Origin: Macrostomum hystrix
Lineage: Eukaryota; Animalia; Platyhelminthes
Assembly (NCBI GenBank): GCA_950097015.1
Contig: CATNEN010000011.1
Span: 1,364,001 to 1,428,000 of the forward strand
Reading direction: 5' to 3'
Length of the DNA stretch: 64,000 nucleotides
Both the position numbers and the translations under genes were made by a program. Under the pieces are notes generated by a model. It saw only the letters and a list, made by a program, of their open reading frames with translations. It was not told the origin of the DNA and searched no databases. This document shows positions 62,625 through 64,000 of the stretch, in pieces; the first letter of the stretch is position 1; every line of letters starts with the position of its first letter.

Positions 62625-64000
62625 ATCGTGGCTGCTTCGGCTGCCGCCTGGAGCCACTCCTGGCGCCGGGTGCCGACCTCCTTGCGAAGACGGTTGCGAC
62701 GCCGGACGGCTTCCCTCGCTTGCTGGGACAGTTGTGGTCCGGTCCTACGTTTGACACGGGTCTTACCAACGTAGCGGTGAGCCGCCGAGACAATGGCGTT
62801 AGAAAGACGCTCAACACGGCCTTTGAACGACACCCCCGCGGGCTTAAAGGACGCCACCTGTTGCTCCACATCAGCCGTGAAGGCCACCCAGTCGATGCCC
62901 GAGCGCCGCCATTCCAGATGCGGGCTCACCGCAACCGAAGAGGCCGTACAGCGGAAGTGAAGACTGATCGGGAGATGGTCTGATCCGAGATCGTCCAAGG
63001 TGCACCAGCTAGAAGCCGTGAACCACGAGGAACGGCAAAACGAGATGTCTGGGGAACTCTGACCCCCAGTGCCGCGGTTGACTCTGGTGGGCGAACCGTC
63101 GTTGAGGATGTCCAGGCCGGCGCCGGTGCACCAGTCGAGGAGGGCGTCGCCACGGTCGTCCGCCGGTTGGATGAAGTCCCAGACTCCTGAGTGGCCATTA
63201 ACGTCGCCGCACAGAAGATCCTTGCCGGAGAGGAGGCTCTGCCACAGGAGCTGAGCATTTTCGCCGGGAGCCGGGACCGGTGGTCGGTACACATCGTCAA
63301 TAATGACGTGCTTGACGGAGCTGAGCACAATATCGATCCTGCTGAGTTCCACCGGCTTCCGAGTGGCGACCGGGATATTTTTGAAGGCCAGGTGCTCCCG
63401 CACCAGCGTGAGCAAGCCGCCTCCCCCATCCGCCGCTTGCCGGTCTACCCGAACGCAGGCGAAACCAGGGAAGCGTGGAGTGGGGTCTTGTGGACGAAGT
63501 TTGGATTCTTGAATAAGGGCAATGTCCACCCTGCACTGTTGAAGCCGGTCTGCCAATTCCGCGACGCGATGGAGGATCCCGTCCGCGTTCCATTGCAGGA
63601 CTTGAAGAGGGTGCACACGGCCGCTAGGGCGCAACTTGTGGATGGTCGGCGCGGGTTTCCCAGCAGGTGAAGTAGGCCTTTGGGCGCAGAAGGAGCAGAA
63701 CCAGCTGGCGCGGAGCGCAGCTTGGTCTGCCGCCGAACGAGGCAAGCCCGAGCACGGCTTGTGGAACGGTTGCATCCGGCGCAGCTGCTGGCCGCCTGCG
63801 GAGGCGTAACTGGGGGCTGACCGAGGCGTTTTAGCTGATCGAGGAGGCGACCGGCCACAGAACGCCGATTCGGGGCCGCCGGCGAGTGGGCGGGACAAAG
63901 CCAGCCAGGACACCCCCGATAACGCGGTACTACGCTGCACGCCGTAGTCCGGTGACAAAGCGCCGCGCAGCCGCTCGTGGCGCACCTGAGTGGCACCGTG
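62625..64000 (-). mobile_element. Non-LTR retrotransposon (LINE) fragment: PHD-like fingers plus APE endonuclease, cut off before RT
   Basis: APE motifs LQWNADG, IALIQESKL, LLCGDVNGHSGVW, SSPDISF, DLGSDHLPI. GC-rich sequence switches abruptly to AT-rich at ~62625. The element runs off the window end. Confidence 0.88.

Overview
Eukaryotic (animal) genomic DNA. The intron-minisatellite style resembles Macrostomum-type flatworm assemblies, but the species is my inference. Most of the window (2647-58491, minus strand) is one complete RNF213/mysterin-like gene. I reconstructed it by hand as 42 phase-compatible GT-AG coding exons (~5585 aa): duplicated N-terminal zinc ribbon, dynein-like AAA+ core, a RING with an atypical metal ligand, an intact RZ finger, and the C-terminal domain. 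Most long introns hold their own minisatellite. One 10.5-kb intron contains a 9015-bp EnSpm/CACTA (CMC)-type DNA transposon (13488-22502) with 43-44-bp TIRs starting CCCGT, a 3-bp TAG target duplication and GTGACC-rich subterminal arrays. It carries a disabled transposase, an orphan ORF and an intact 580-aa coiled-coil/BEN-domain protein. This transposase + BEN + subterminal-array module is the best candidate for an under-described system. Upstream of RNF213 lie a decayed duplicate of an RNF213 exon junction, an intronless GM2-activator (ML-domain) gene and a 3'-truncated PHD/APE LINE. tRNA-derived SINEs are scattered in introns. Nearly all long ORFs in the track over repeat arrays are artefacts. 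All family calls are by motif recognition; no searches were run.
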